From: Polyangiales bacterium
GTDB taxonomy: Bacteria > Myxococcota_A > Polyangia > Polyangiales > Ga0077539
Assembly (NCBI GenBank): GCA_044229975.1
Contig: JBGARZ010000002.1
Span: forward strand, 672,001 to 736,000
Direction of reading: 5' to 3'
DNA: 64,000 nt
Below the pieces are notes generated by a model. That model was given only the letters and a program-made list of their open reading frames with translations. It was not told where the DNA came from and did no database searches. This document shows, one piece after another, positions 30,263 through 39,802 of this stretch. The translations under genes were made by a program, and so were the position numbers. Each line of letters starts with the position of its first letter. Position 1 is the first letter of the stretch.

Positions 30263-31669
30263 TTACTCCTGCGGGAGCTGCGGGGCCAGCGTGAGGACGC
30301 GGCGCAGATAGGTGCCGGGCGATGCGGGGTCGGCCGGCGGACGGAGGTCGATGACCTCGAGCGCGCCGTCGAGGAAGTCGACGACGTACAGAAACGGTTG
30401 ACCCGGCGACGGGTCGAGAATCGCTTGATGCGGCCCGCGACGGGTGACCACCTGACCGACGACCCGGCGCTCGTCGGGGTCGATGATGGTCACGCGGCGA
30501 GCGTCGAAGGACACCACGAGCACCTGGGTGCGACCGTTGACGGTGCGCACCGCGAGGCGCGACGGACCTTGCGGCACGGGGATGGCGTCGATGACGTTGG
30601 CCGCCGTGGGGTTGGCGGGGTCGAGGCTCACCGTGAGCAGCGCCTCGGGGGCGCGCGAGGCCACGAAGGCACGCCGCTTCGTCGGGTCGGGGTCGAGCGC
30701 GATGGCGCGGCTGTCGCCGCCGCCCGCGAGCCCGCGAACCTGGATGAGGGCGCTGCGGTAGAGGAAGGGGCTGGCGTCGCGGAGGACTTCGTTGCCCGCG
30801 TACGCCTGGATGAACGTAAACGTCGCCTCGGCGCGGCTCGTCAGCATCCACGTCGAGCGCTCGGCGCTGCCATCCGCTCGCGGGAGCAGCACCGCGCCGC
30901 TGAGGCCGGGCGAGAGGCTGTTGAGCACGCTGAGCAGCACCGGCGCGCCGCCCCCGCCGTTGACGGCGCTGTCGCGGAGGAGCGACGCGCGCGGCACGCC
31001 GGCCTCGTTGGTCTGGTGGGCGACGAACACCCAGCCCCGCGCGGGGTCGAGCGAGATGGACGACGGGTCGGGCGGCAGGCGCGCCGCGGTGGGGCTCTGC
31101 GACGTGTCCGACCCGGCGCGATGGTCATCGCCGCACAGCGCGAGCGGACCAGCGGCGCCGCAGTCGAGGCCGCCCTGGTCGTCGAGGTCGAACCAGGTGA
31201 TCGACCCGTCGCCGCGCACGGCGACGTAGAGGCGCGTGCGGTCGGGGTAGCGCGCGACGGCGCTGTCGACGGCGTAGGGGCTGATGCGACGCACCTGATC
31301 GCCCCGGATGAAGGCGCGCGCCTCGCACACCGACGCGCCAGGCTGGTCGCGGTCCGCCACGCAGCGGATGGCAGGCGCCGCGGGCAGCGCCGCGCAGCGG
31401 GAGTGCGCCGGGTCGGTGATGCGCGTGCGGAGGCAGGTCAGGTCGAGCGGCGCGACGGTGCCGCCGTTGTAGCGGAGGTCGAAGTCCGAGCTGGTGACGT
31501 AGAGCCAGTTGCCGGACGGAGAAGCCGCCGCGCTCACCGGGTAGAAGAACACGTCGCCGGGCGGGTCGATGCCGATGTTGGACGGGCAGCCGACACTCGC
31601 CAGACCGAGCGCGAGACACGTCGAGCGGAGCGCGCGGCGCAGGGTGGAGGCAGTGGGGCGGGCGCTCAT
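30263..31669 (-). CDS. Beta-propeller lipoprotein (YncE/YVTN-like)
   Basis: Lipobox SVGC; SPSGNWLYVTSSDFDLRYNGG, RLYVAVR, WVFVAH, RAFVASR, FLYVVDF blades. Confidence 0.75.
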   Translation of the reverse strand: MSARPTASTLRRALRSTCLALGLASVGCPSNIGIDPPGDVFFYPVSAAASPSGNWLYVTSSDFDLRYNGGTVAPLDLTCLRTRITDPAHSRCAALPAAPAIRCVADRDQPGASVCEARAFIRGDQVRRISPYAVDSAVARYPDRTRLYVAVRGDGSITWFDLDDQGGLDCGAAGPLALCGDDHRAGSDTSQSPTAARLPPDPSSISLDPARGWVFVAHQTNEAGVPRASLLRDSAVNGGGGAPVLLSVLNSLSPGLSGAVLLPRADGSAERSTWMLTSRAEATFTFIQAYAGNEVLRDASPFLYRSALIQVRGLAGGGDSRAIALDPDPTKRRAFVASRAPEALLTVSLDPANPTAANVIDAIPVPQGPSRLAVRTVNGRTQVLVVSFDARRVTIIDPDERRVVGQVVTRRGPHQAILDPSPGQPFLYVVDFLDGALEVIDLRPPADPASPGTYLRRVLTLAPQLPQE

Positions 31670-31719
31670 CGGGCGCGCAAGCTAGTGGAGCAAACCCACG
31701 AATTCAAGCGATGCCGCCA

Positions 31720-33579
31720 TCAGTTCCAGGGATCGCGCAGGCCGTCGGAGTGGGCGGGCGGGTGCGGAGCGGCGACCGGAGGCTCGGGCGTGGCCGTCGG
31801 CGGTCGCACGCGGGGGTCGGGGTGATCGCCCGCGTGCGGTCGGTGACGTCGCGCCGACTCGTTGAGCGGCACGAGCACCACCGGAGGATCGCCCTCGTGG
31901 AGCTCGACGACGGCGGGATCGTAGCCCTCGACCTCGATGCGGTACGCCTGCGCCGCACCGCGGGGGCGCGGCAACACCAGCGGCTGCGGGTTGATCTCTC
32001 CGACGAGCTCACCGCCCACGCGGCCCCGCATCACCCGGCCGCGCTCGGTGGCGCTCGTGCGAAGCTGGATCGTCACGTTGACGGGGGCCATCGGCGGCAC
32101 CACCGGCACCGTCGGGCCGACCCCAGGCGCCGGCACGACCGGCGGCGGTGTCGTCAGCGGGCGAACGATGGGCGGGACGGTGGATGGATCGTCGGCGGGC
32201 ACTGGTGCGGGACCCACCAACGCATAGCCGCCGACGCCGAGCATGACGCCCGCGCTCACCACGGCGCCCGCGAGCACCCACCCCCAGCGACGACTGGTCG
32301 CGGGCAGCGGCTGCGGGGGCGGAACAACGCTGACCCCAGGCGCCGTGTCGGCGGGCGGGCGCTGCGACGGCGGCCCCATCGTGGGCTGCGACGAGCGATC
32401 GACCGAGCTGGTCGATGCGATGGGGGACGGGCGGATCCATGTTCCGTCGTCGAGGGCCGGGGGGATGGTCTCGGGCCCCGGCCGACGCAGCCTGAACTCC
32501 GCGCGCGTCGCGCCATCGAGTGACTGCAACGCCGGGAGCATTCCGCGGCTGAACTGCGCCGTCGCCTGGTCGGAGTCGTCGAGCGCGCGCGGCACCTCCC
32601 CCGCGCGACACCGTTCAAGGTCTTCGCGCACGTCGTCGAGGGAGTCGTAGCGAGCGTCCTTCGTCTTCGCGAGGCACCGCAGGATGACGGCCTCGAACGC
32701 GGGCGTCATGCGCTCGCACTCGGGGTAGACGCGGGGCGAGACGGGCGTGTGATAGAGGTGCGCCGTCAGGATGCCCATGAGGTTGTCGGCGTCGAAGGGC
32801 ACCTTGCCGGTGGCCATCTCGTACATGAGCACGCCGAGCCCGTAGATGTCCGTCTTGTGATCGATGTTGCGATCGCCCGACGCCTGCTCCGGGGACATGT
32901 AGTGGGGCGTCCCAAACACCGAGCCGGTGCGCGTCTTCTGGGCCTTCGAGTTCTGCACCTTGGCGATGCCGAAATCGAGGATCTTCACGAAGTACGGCTC
33001 GTCGGCCTTCCGCACGATGTGGAAGTTGTCGGGCTTGATGTCGCGGTGCACGACGCCGATGGCGTGCGCGGCGCCGAGGCCCTCGCAGATCTGCGTCGCG
33101 AGGTGGATGGTGAACTCCTCGGACATCGGCTGCCGACGGTCACTGCCCGCGGGCTTGGGCATGCGCGCGAGCACGTCGCCGAGCGATCGCCCCTCCAGGT
33201 ACTCCATCACGAAGAAGCGCGAGTTGTCGGGCAGCGACCCCCAGTCGTAGATCTCGACGATGTGCGGGTTGTTGATCGACGCCGCGGCGCGCGCCTCCTG
33301 CTCGAAGCGCACCACGAGGTCTTCCTCGGCGCTGTACTCCGCGCGCAGCACCTTCACTGCGTAGCGGATGCCGCTCTGGATGTCGCGCGCGCTGTAGACC
33401 ACCCCCATGCCGCCGTCGCCGAGCACGCCGTCGACCGCGTAGCGGTTGAGGATCGTCGTGCCCACCAGCCGCTCGCGCTCGGACGCCACCACCAGGAGGT
33501 CGAGCACCGCGCCGTCGACGTCGCAGATACGCGCGTTCGATTCGAGAAAGCGCTTACCGCATTTGGGACACTGTCGCAT
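31720..33579 (-). CDS. Membrane Ser/Thr protein kinase with N-terminal Cys knuckle and PEGA-like C-terminus
   Basis: MRQCPKCG...CDVDG; LGDGGMGVVY, YAVK, HRDIKPDN, DFG, GTPHYMSPE; TM WGWVLAGAVVSAGVMLGVGGYALV; YRIEVEGYDP. Confidence 0.93.
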   Translation of the reverse strand: MRQCPKCGKRFLESNARICDVDGAVLDLLVVASERERLVGTTILNRYAVDGVLGDGGMGVVYSARDIQSGIRYAVKVLRAEYSAEEDLVVRFEQEARAAASINNPHIVEIYDWGSLPDNSRFFVMEYLEGRSLGDVLARMPKPAGSDRRQPMSEEFTIHLATQICEGLGAAHAIGVVHRDIKPDNFHIVRKADEPYFVKILDFGIAKVQNSKAQKTRTGSVFGTPHYMSPEQASGDRNIDHKTDIYGLGVLMYEMATGKVPFDADNLMGILTAHLYHTPVSPRVYPECERMTPAFEAVILRCLAKTKDARYDSLDDVREDLERCRAGEVPRALDDSDQATAQFSRGMLPALQSLDGATRAEFRLRRPGPETIPPALDDGTWIRPSPIASTSSVDRSSQPTMGPPSQRPPADTAPGVSVVPPPQPLPATSRRWGWVLAGAVVSAGVMLGVGGYALVGPAPVPADDPSTVPPIVRPLTTPPPVVPAPGVGPTVPVVPPMAPVNVTIQLRTSATERGRVMRGRVGGELVGEINPQPLVLPRPRGAAQAYRIEVEGYDPAVVELHEGDPPVVLVPLNESARRHRPHAGDHPDPRVRPPTATPEPPVAAPHPPAHSDGLRDPWN

Positions 33580-33689
33580 CGCCCTCTCGTCGCGCGGTGG
33601 GGACAGTGCCCTCCGGTGCCGCCGACCGTCGGTGACAGGTAGCGCTTTCGCCGCCCCGAAACAAGCGCGCAACGCCGCCAGCGGTCAGC

Positions 33690-34700
33690 TCAATGGCGCC
33701 GGCGCATCTCCGTCACCCGCGCCAGGGCCGCCGCCGCGCGGTCATGCAGCGCCGGGTCGGTCGCGCCCGCCGCCACCGCACGAAGGCCCGCCTCGGCGCC
33801 CGCGAGGTCACCCCGCTCGGCCAGCATGAGCGCGAGCACGTACCGATAGGTGAAGTCCTGCGGCGCATCACGAACGGCCTGCGTCGCCTGGGCGACCCCG
33901 CCGTCGAGGTCGCGATTGGCCCAGAGCGCCTGCGCGAGCTCGACCCGCAGCGCCGGGGTCGGCGCCGTCCGCACGGCCCGCTGGAGCGCCTCGACCGCCA
34001 GGCGCGCCTCACCGAGCCGACGGAGTGCAGGCCCGGCCAGACCGTGGACCGACGCGTCCGACGGAGCCCGACGCATGGCCTCGCGGAGCATGCCGACCGC
34101 CTCGACCCGCGCCGTCGGGTCGGCGACGCGCGACGGGTCGGCGAGCAACAGCCCAAGGCTCAACGGGGCCCGCGCGTCGGAGTGAAGCCGCGCCGCGGCC
34201 GCGCGAAACGCCGCCGTCGCACCTGGGATGTCGCCCAGCTCTTCCAGGCAGAAGCCCAGGTCGAGCTGCGCCTCGCCGAGCAGCGGCGCCCGCTGCAACG
34301 CCTGCCTCAGCGACGTGACCGCGTCGCGCGGACGCCCCAGCTCACGCAAGGCCACCGCGCGCTGCACCATCGCCTCGACCAGCGTCGCGTCCATGCCCAC
34401 GGCCTCCGCGTACCGGGCCTCGGCGGCGGCCCACTGCGACCGCGTCCGCGCCACCTCGCCCAGGTAGAACACCGGCCGCGCATCGCGCGGATCGAGCCGC
34501 CGCGCCGCCTCGAAGCGGGCCTCGGCCCCGGCGACGTCGCCGCCCCGCAGCAGCACCTCTCCCGCCGTGTACTCGCGCTCCGCCGGCGTCGGATCGGTCG
34601 TCATCCCGCGGATGGGAAACGGCAGCCGCGGCCGCTGGGCGGAGGCCGTCGTCGAGGCCACCAGGCCCGCCATCACCAGCGCGCAAAACCCTCGTCTCAT
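33690..34700 (-). CDS. Secreted tetratricopeptide-repeat protein
   Basis: Signal ending ASA-Q; successive TPR units (AEARFEAARRLDP, FYLGEV, LGFCLEELGD, YVLALMLAERGD). Confidence 0.85.
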   Translation of the reverse strand: MRRGFCALVMAGLVASTTASAQRPRLPFPIRGMTTDPTPAEREYTAGEVLLRGGDVAGAEARFEAARRLDPRDARPVFYLGEVARTRSQWAAAEARYAEAVGMDATLVEAMVQRAVALRELGRPRDAVTSLRQALQRAPLLGEAQLDLGFCLEELGDIPGATAAFRAAAARLHSDARAPLSLGLLLADPSRVADPTARVEAVGMLREAMRRAPSDASVHGLAGPALRRLGEARLAVEALQRAVRTAPTPALRVELAQALWANRDLDGGVAQATQAVRDAPQDFTYRYVLALMLAERGDLAGAEAGLRAVAAGATDPALHDRAAAALARVTEMRRRH

Positions 34701-37429
34701 GTCGCCTCCACAGCTTGCAGCAGCGCCGCCTGCACGTCGCCGAAGCGGGCCTCCGGGACCTTCGCTCCGTCGCTCGCGGTTACGTAGAAGACGTCCGCCG
34801 CGCGCCGACCTTCGGTGTTCACCTTCGCCAACCTGATCTCCAATCCGAGCCGATGGTGCGCCCGCGCCACCGTGTGCAGGAAGCCCGGCCGGTCGCGGCC
34901 GAACACCTCGATCACCGTCGCCGCTTCGCTCGCGTCGTTGTGCAGGAGCACCCGCGCCTCCACCGACGGCTCGCGCCGCGCCATGCCCGCCCTCCCCCGC
35001 ATCATCGCGACCACCGAGTCTCCGTCGAGGCGCCCGGCGACCACCGCGTCGAGCTGCTGCGCGAGCCGCTGCTCCAGGCCCACGAGCTCGCGCGACGTCG
35101 GGTCGGGGTGTCGCACCACGAACACATCGACCACGTCGGCGCCCACCGAATGGATCTCCGCCCGCTGGATATCCAGGCGATGCGCGAACAGGAGCCCGGT
35201 CAGATCGGACAGCAGCCCCGGGCGGTCGGGGGCGTGCACGAGCACCTCGTAGAGCCCGGCACCGACCGCGTCGTCGACCGGCTGCAGCCGCAGCCTCGCC
35301 TCGCCCGGCGCCACGTCGTGGAGCGCCCGCGCGTGGCGCATCACCTCCCTCGGCGAGGCGGCCTGGAGGTATCTCGTCGGCATCGAGCGCACCCAGCGAA
35401 CGACGGCGTCGTCCGTCGTTCCATTCAGCCCGAGCGCGCGACCCACGATCGACTCGCGCTGCCGTTCGGCGCCGACGCCCTCCTCGCGGAGCGCCTCCTC
35501 GGCGCGCTGGTAGAGCTCATCGAGCAGGCGCGCCTTCCACGCCGTCATCGCCGTCGGCGAGGTGGTGGACAGGTCGGCCACCGTGAGGAGGAAGAGCGCC
35601 TGCAAGCGCCACGGCTCACCCACTAGCGCCGTGACCTGCGCGAGCGTCGACGGGTCGGAAAGATCGCGCCGGGTGGCAAGGTGGTAGAGCGTGAGGTGCT
35701 CCCGCACGAGCCACGCGACGGTCGCCGCGTCGTCGGCGTCGAGGCCCAGGCGCAGCGCGATGGGCGGCGCCATCTCCGCGCCGACCTTGCTGTGTGCGCG
35801 ACCGTGACTCTTGCCGATGTCGTGCAGGAGCGTCGCGAGCAGCAGCACCACCCGCCGATCGACCGTCGCCATGAGCCGCGCCGAGAGCGCGAAGTCACCC
35901 GAGAGCTCACCGCGGCTGAGCGCGTGCAGCCGGTCGACCGCCGCCACCGAGTGAACGTCCACCGTGTACACGTGATAGACGTCGTGCTGAACGCGGGCGG
36001 TGACGGCGCCAAACTCGGGGATGAGCGCGAGCATGAGCCCGAGGTCGTGCAGGTCGACGAGCACGCTCTGGGTGTTGTCGGGCGTCCCCGAGACGCCTGC
36101 GCCCTCAGCGCTCGGCGCCACCCGATGGGCGCTGTCGAGCAGGCGCAGGAAGCAGCTCGACGCCTCGGGAGTGGCCCTCAATCGCTCGCACCACGCGGGG
36201 TCGCCGGCCGCGCTCGCGACGCTCGAACGCGACGACGACGCCACCGGGAGCTGATGCAACAGCGCCGTCTCGATGAGCCGCAAGGCGACCGACGGATCGC
36301 GCTGGAGCTCATCAGCCGAGGCGAGGCAGACGTGGCCGTCGAAGCGCGCGACCCCGTCGGCCAGCGGGTGCGCACGTCGGGCGTGGTCGGGCGCGCGCCC
36401 CGCTCGACTGCGGGCGAGCACGTGGGAGAGGTGCGACGCGACGCCCCGCGCGTGGCGGTAGTACTCGGACATCAAGCGCTCTGCCGCGGCGGCCACGGCG
36501 CGCGTCGCGTCACCGCCCGCGTCGGCACCTTCGAAGAACCCCAACGCCGCGGCGCACTCCTCCTGTGCGTCGAAGGTGACCCGATCGTTGCGGCGGGCCG
36601 ACCGGGCGTGGAGGGCGGCGCGGAGCTGGAGGTGAAACTCCCGCGCGGCGGTGAGCGCGTCGTGTTCGGTCTGTGACAACGCACCGATGCCGAGAGCCTC
36701 TGCGAAGTCCGGCGCACGCATGCGAGCGCGCAGCGTCCAGCGGATGATGTCGAGGTCACGCAATCCCCCCCGGCCGAGCTTCACGTCGGGCTCCAGGAGG
36801 TACACGGTGGCGCCGAAGCGCTCGTGGCGCAGACGGAGTTCGTCGCGGAGGGCGTCGATGAAGTTCGCCAGCTCGCGCTCCCCGCGCAGGCCCGCGGAGC
36901 GCTCGCGCAGCGCGTCGGCGAGCCCGCGATCACCCGCCAGGAAGCGCAGGTCGAGGAGCATCGTTCGGGTTCGCAGGTCGTCCCTCGCCTCGCTCACGAT
37001 GCCGTCGACGTCGTGCACCGCGTGACCGACGCTGACCTTCGCGTCCCACAGCGGATAGAGCATCGCCTCGGCGAGCTCACGCACCGGCGGCGACTCGGGC
37101 TTCTCGGCGAGCAGTACGAGGTCGAGGTCGCTGCCGGGCGAGAGCTGTCGACGGCCGTACCCACCCACGGCCATCAGCGCGATGCGGCCACGGCCCCGGG
37201 ACTTCGGCCAGCGCGCGAGGCAGTCCGCGACGTGCTCCCCCACGAGCGCGTCGTAGGCGTCGGAGATGCGGCCCGCGTGCTCGGAGCCGCCGCGCCCGGC
37301 GAGGGCTTCAGCACGCAGGGCGTCCATGCTCGCGCGAAAGGCCGCGAAGGCCGCGTCGGGCAGCGGGTGGCGGGTGGCGTGCGCGCTCACGGGCGCCGGA
37401 GGATGCACGGCCCCAACCCCGCGCGACAA
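34697..37429 (-). CDS. glnD: [Protein-PII] uridylyltransferase / uridylyl-removing enzyme
   Basis: AVGGYGR..LSPGSDLDL (NTase), EPDVK.G.GGLRD, YHVYTVD.HS and LLHDIGK (HD domain), two ACT domains (DRPGLL, DRPGFL...DVFYV). Exact start uncertain. Confidence 0.93.
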   Translation of the reverse strand: MSRGVGAVHPPAPVSAHATRHPLPDAAFAAFRASMDALRAEALAGRGGSEHAGRISDAYDALVGEHVADCLARWPKSRGRGRIALMAVGGYGRRQLSPGSDLDLVLLAEKPESPPVRELAEAMLYPLWDAKVSVGHAVHDVDGIVSEARDDLRTRTMLLDLRFLAGDRGLADALRERSAGLRGERELANFIDALRDELRLRHERFGATVYLLEPDVKLGRGGLRDLDIIRWTLRARMRAPDFAEALGIGALSQTEHDALTAAREFHLQLRAALHARSARRNDRVTFDAQEECAAALGFFEGADAGGDATRAVAAAAERLMSEYYRHARGVASHLSHVLARSRAGRAPDHARRAHPLADGVARFDGHVCLASADELQRDPSVALRLIETALLHQLPVASSSRSSVASAAGDPAWCERLRATPEASSCFLRLLDSAHRVAPSAEGAGVSGTPDNTQSVLVDLHDLGLMLALIPEFGAVTARVQHDVYHVYTVDVHSVAAVDRLHALSRGELSGDFALSARLMATVDRRVVLLLATLLHDIGKSHGRAHSKVGAEMAPPIALRLGLDADDAATVAWLVREHLTLYHLATRRDLSDPSTLAQVTALVGEPWRLQALFLLTVADLSTTSPTAMTAWKARLLDELYQRAEEALREEGVGAERQRESIVGRALGLNGTTDDAVVRWVRSMPTRYLQAASPREVMRHARALHDVAPGEARLRLQPVDDAVGAGLYEVLVHAPDRPGLLSDLTGLLFAHRLDIQRAEIHSVGADVVDVFVVRHPDPTSRELVGLEQRLAQQLDAVVAGRLDGDSVVAMMRGRAGMARREPSVEARVLLHNDASEAATVIEVFGRDRPGFLHTVARAHHRLGLEIRLAKVNTEGRRAADVFYVTASDGAKVPEARFGDVQAALLQAVEAT

Positions 37430-37432
37430 CCC

Positions 37433-38629
37433 TCAGCCGCCGGGGATGTGCTCGTCGATGGCGCGCGCGATGGAGCCCGCGAGCAGGTCTCGATACGCCT
37501 CCGAGCGCAGCCGTTGCTCCTCGGTGAGGTTGGAGATGAACGACAGCTCCACGAGCACCGCGGGCATGCGCGTCGTCACGAGCACATGGAAGCGCGCCGG
37601 GTGCACGCCCATGTCCTCGACCTGGGGATAGAGCAGCCGCGCGTCGTGCAGCATCGCGCGCTGGATCGACGACGCGAAGCCAACGGAGTCCCTGCCGTGC
37701 CGAGACAGGCTGAGATCGGCGAGGATGCGCGAGACATCCCAGGTGCCCGCCGTCTCGCCGTCGACGAGCTCGCCCTCGCGGGCGGTCAGCCGCGCCGCGA
37801 CGCGCGGGCTCTCCTCCAGCGCGAAGGTCGAGATGCCGCGGGCCTCGCGGTTGTTGGCGGCGTTGCAGTGGATGGAGACGAAGAGGTCGGCCGTGGTCCC
37901 GTTGGCGTGCGCCGCGCGCTGCTCCAACGGAACGAACACGTCGCGATCACGCGTCAGCGCGACCTGGAATCCGTAACGAAGCGCGAGGCGATCGGCGAGG
38001 CGTCGCGCGACGTCGAGGGTGACCTCGGCCTCCTTGAGTCCGGTCGGGCCGATGGCTCCGGGGTCGGTTCCTCCGTGGCCGGCGTCGATGACGACACGAC
38101 GATGTCGCGCCTCCTGCGTTCGCGGGCTCGCCGGGTGGGCCTGCGCGGTCGCTCCGGTGCAGCGCGCGAGCGACGTCTGCAACGCCGCCTGCGCTCGTGC
38201 CCGCTCCCCGACGCGGTCGAGCAGCGACGCGAGCGAGCGAACGTCTTCGCACTCCGTGAGCGCGCCCGTCGCAGGCAGCGCGGCGAGCAGGAAGTCCCTC
38301 GCACGCGATCGGTCGCGGAGGTTGTGCTGCCGGTCGGCGCGTTCGAGCAGCAGCGCGCCCGCGAGTCTCATGGCCGCCCCGCGCTGTCGCGCGTCGTCCG
38401 AGCCCGCGAGCGACAGCCGCTGCACGAGGTCATCGACGCCCGGAACGGTGCGCCCCGCGCGGAGCGCCTCCACCTTCGCGCGCGCTTCACTGAAGACGTC
38501 TTTCGAGGCAGGGAGATCGGGCACCGACTCCAACGAGTCGGCCCTCGTCGGCGACGCGCCCGCGTTGCCGCACGACGAGGTCGACCCGCTCAGCAACACC
38601 CACGACACGACGGCGACCGACCAGCGCAC
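37433..38629 (-). CDS. N-acetylmuramoyl-L-alanine amidase (Amidase_3), probable lipoprotein
   Basis: VIDAGHGG.DPGAIG, EAEVTL, LTRD.D, FVSIHCN, PAVLVELSFISN; N-terminal hydrophobic stretch ending SSC. Start taken at GTG 38629. Confidence 0.9.
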   Translation of the reverse strand: MRWSVAVVSWVLLSGSTSSCGNAGASPTRADSLESVPDLPASKDVFSEARAKVEALRAGRTVPGVDDLVQRLSLAGSDDARQRGAAMRLAGALLLERADRQHNLRDRSRARDFLLAALPATGALTECEDVRSLASLLDRVGERARAQAALQTSLARCTGATAQAHPASPRTQEARHRRVVIDAGHGGTDPGAIGPTGLKEAEVTLDVARRLADRLALRYGFQVALTRDRDVFVPLEQRAAHANGTTADLFVSIHCNAANNREARGISTFALEESPRVAARLTAREGELVDGETAGTWDVSRILADLSLSRHGRDSVGFASSIQRAMLHDARLLYPQVEDMGVHPARFHVLVTTRMPAVLVELSFISNLTEEQRLRSEAYRDLLAGSIARAIDEHIPGG

Positions 38630-38733
38630 AGCCCCGTCGGGGTAGCAGGGAGCCAACGATCGCCCGCAATTTCCTGCAACCCCTTGTCCGTCACGGGTGA
38701 CGCCTCACAGACCGCCGCCCTATCATCTGCCCC

Positions 38734-39774
38734 GTGACACCACGCCTGCTCCAGGTCGACAACTTCACCCCCACGAGCCGGACGCCCTGGGGCGGCACAC
38801 GCATCGCCGCCGAGCTCAAGCACGACCTCGCGGCCCTGCCCCCCGGACTCGTGGTCGGGGAGAGCTGGGAGTTCTCCGTCGAGCCCGACTTCCCGAGCCG
38901 CGTGCACGGCACCACCACCACCCTCGCCGAGTGGATCGCCTCCGACCCGACCGCGATCCTCGGCCGCGAGGCTGACGGCCGCGGCGGCACCGCCCTGCTG
39001 GTGAAGCTCCTCGATGCGGCCGACGAGCTCTCGGTGCAGATCCATCCGTCGGACGGCGACCCGCTCCTTCGTGTGGGCGAATCCGGCAAGCCCGAGTGCT
39101 GGTACGCGGTGGCCGCCGACGCGGGCGCGGGCGTCTACCTCGGACTCGCGGACGGCGTCTCTCGTGAGGCGCTCGGTGACGCGCTCCGCTCGGGCGCAGA
39201 CGTCTCGCGCATGCTGGCCTTCGTGCCCGTCGAGGTCGGCGACTTCCTGCTCATCGAGGCCGGGACAGCGCACGCCATCGGCCGCGGCCTCACGCTCGTC
39301 GAGCCCCAACGCGTACTCCCCGGCTGCCGCGGTCTCACCTACCGCTACTGGGACTGGAACCGTCGCTACGACTCCACCGGACGCACCACCCCGGCGGGTC
39401 AGGCGCGCGCCCTCCACGTCGACGAGGCGCTCGCCGTGACCCGTTGGGATGCCCCACGTGGCGAAGCCCTCCTCGCCACCTGTCGGGTGCGCGCCGGTCG
39501 CCCCGACCTCGCCGCCGCCGCGCGATACACCGACCTCGCCGGACGAAGCGCCGGTCTACGCAGCGGCCATCTCCAGGTGGCGCGCATCGCGGGCACCGGC
39601 GACGTCGACCTGCCCGACTGGAACGCCCTCCGCGCGCTCACGGTCGTCGACGGCGCGGTCACCATCGACGGCGTCACGGTCTCGCGCGGTCAGTCCGCGG
39701 CCGTGCCTGCGAGCGGCGGTGTACGTCGCGCCTCCCTGCGGGGCGCACACGCCATCATCTCAGCCGTGTATTGA
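38734..39774 (+). CDS. manA: Mannose-6-phosphate isomerase, class I (cupin)
   Basis: PWGG, GESWE, LLVKLLDA...LSVQIHP, GKPECWY, AGTAHAIG, TYRYWDWNR. Confidence 0.85.
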   Translation: MTPRLLQVDNFTPTSRTPWGGTRIAAELKHDLAALPPGLVVGESWEFSVEPDFPSRVHGTTTTLAEWIASDPTAILGREADGRGGTALLVKLLDAADELSVQIHPSDGDPLLRVGESGKPECWYAVAADAGAGVYLGLADGVSREALGDALRSGADVSRMLAFVPVEVGDFLLIEAGTAHAIGRGLTLVEPQRVLPGCRGLTYRYWDWNRRYDSTGRTTPAGQARALHVDEALAVTRWDAPRGEALLATCRVRAGRPDLAAAARYTDLAGRSAGLRSGHLQVARIAGTGDVDLPDWNALRALTVVDGAVTIDGVTVSRGQSAAVPASGGVRRASLRGAHAIISAVY

Positions 39775-39802
39775 AAGAAGGGTAGCGAGAGACCGACGAC
39801 GC

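Noticed and set aside
38670..38695. GG-N10-GC upstream of the amidase (GGACAAGGGGTTGCA, minus strand), and a similar one near 61828-61841
   Set aside because: Spacing fits but the -24 element lacks the GGCAC core; likely chance matches in GC-rich DNA.
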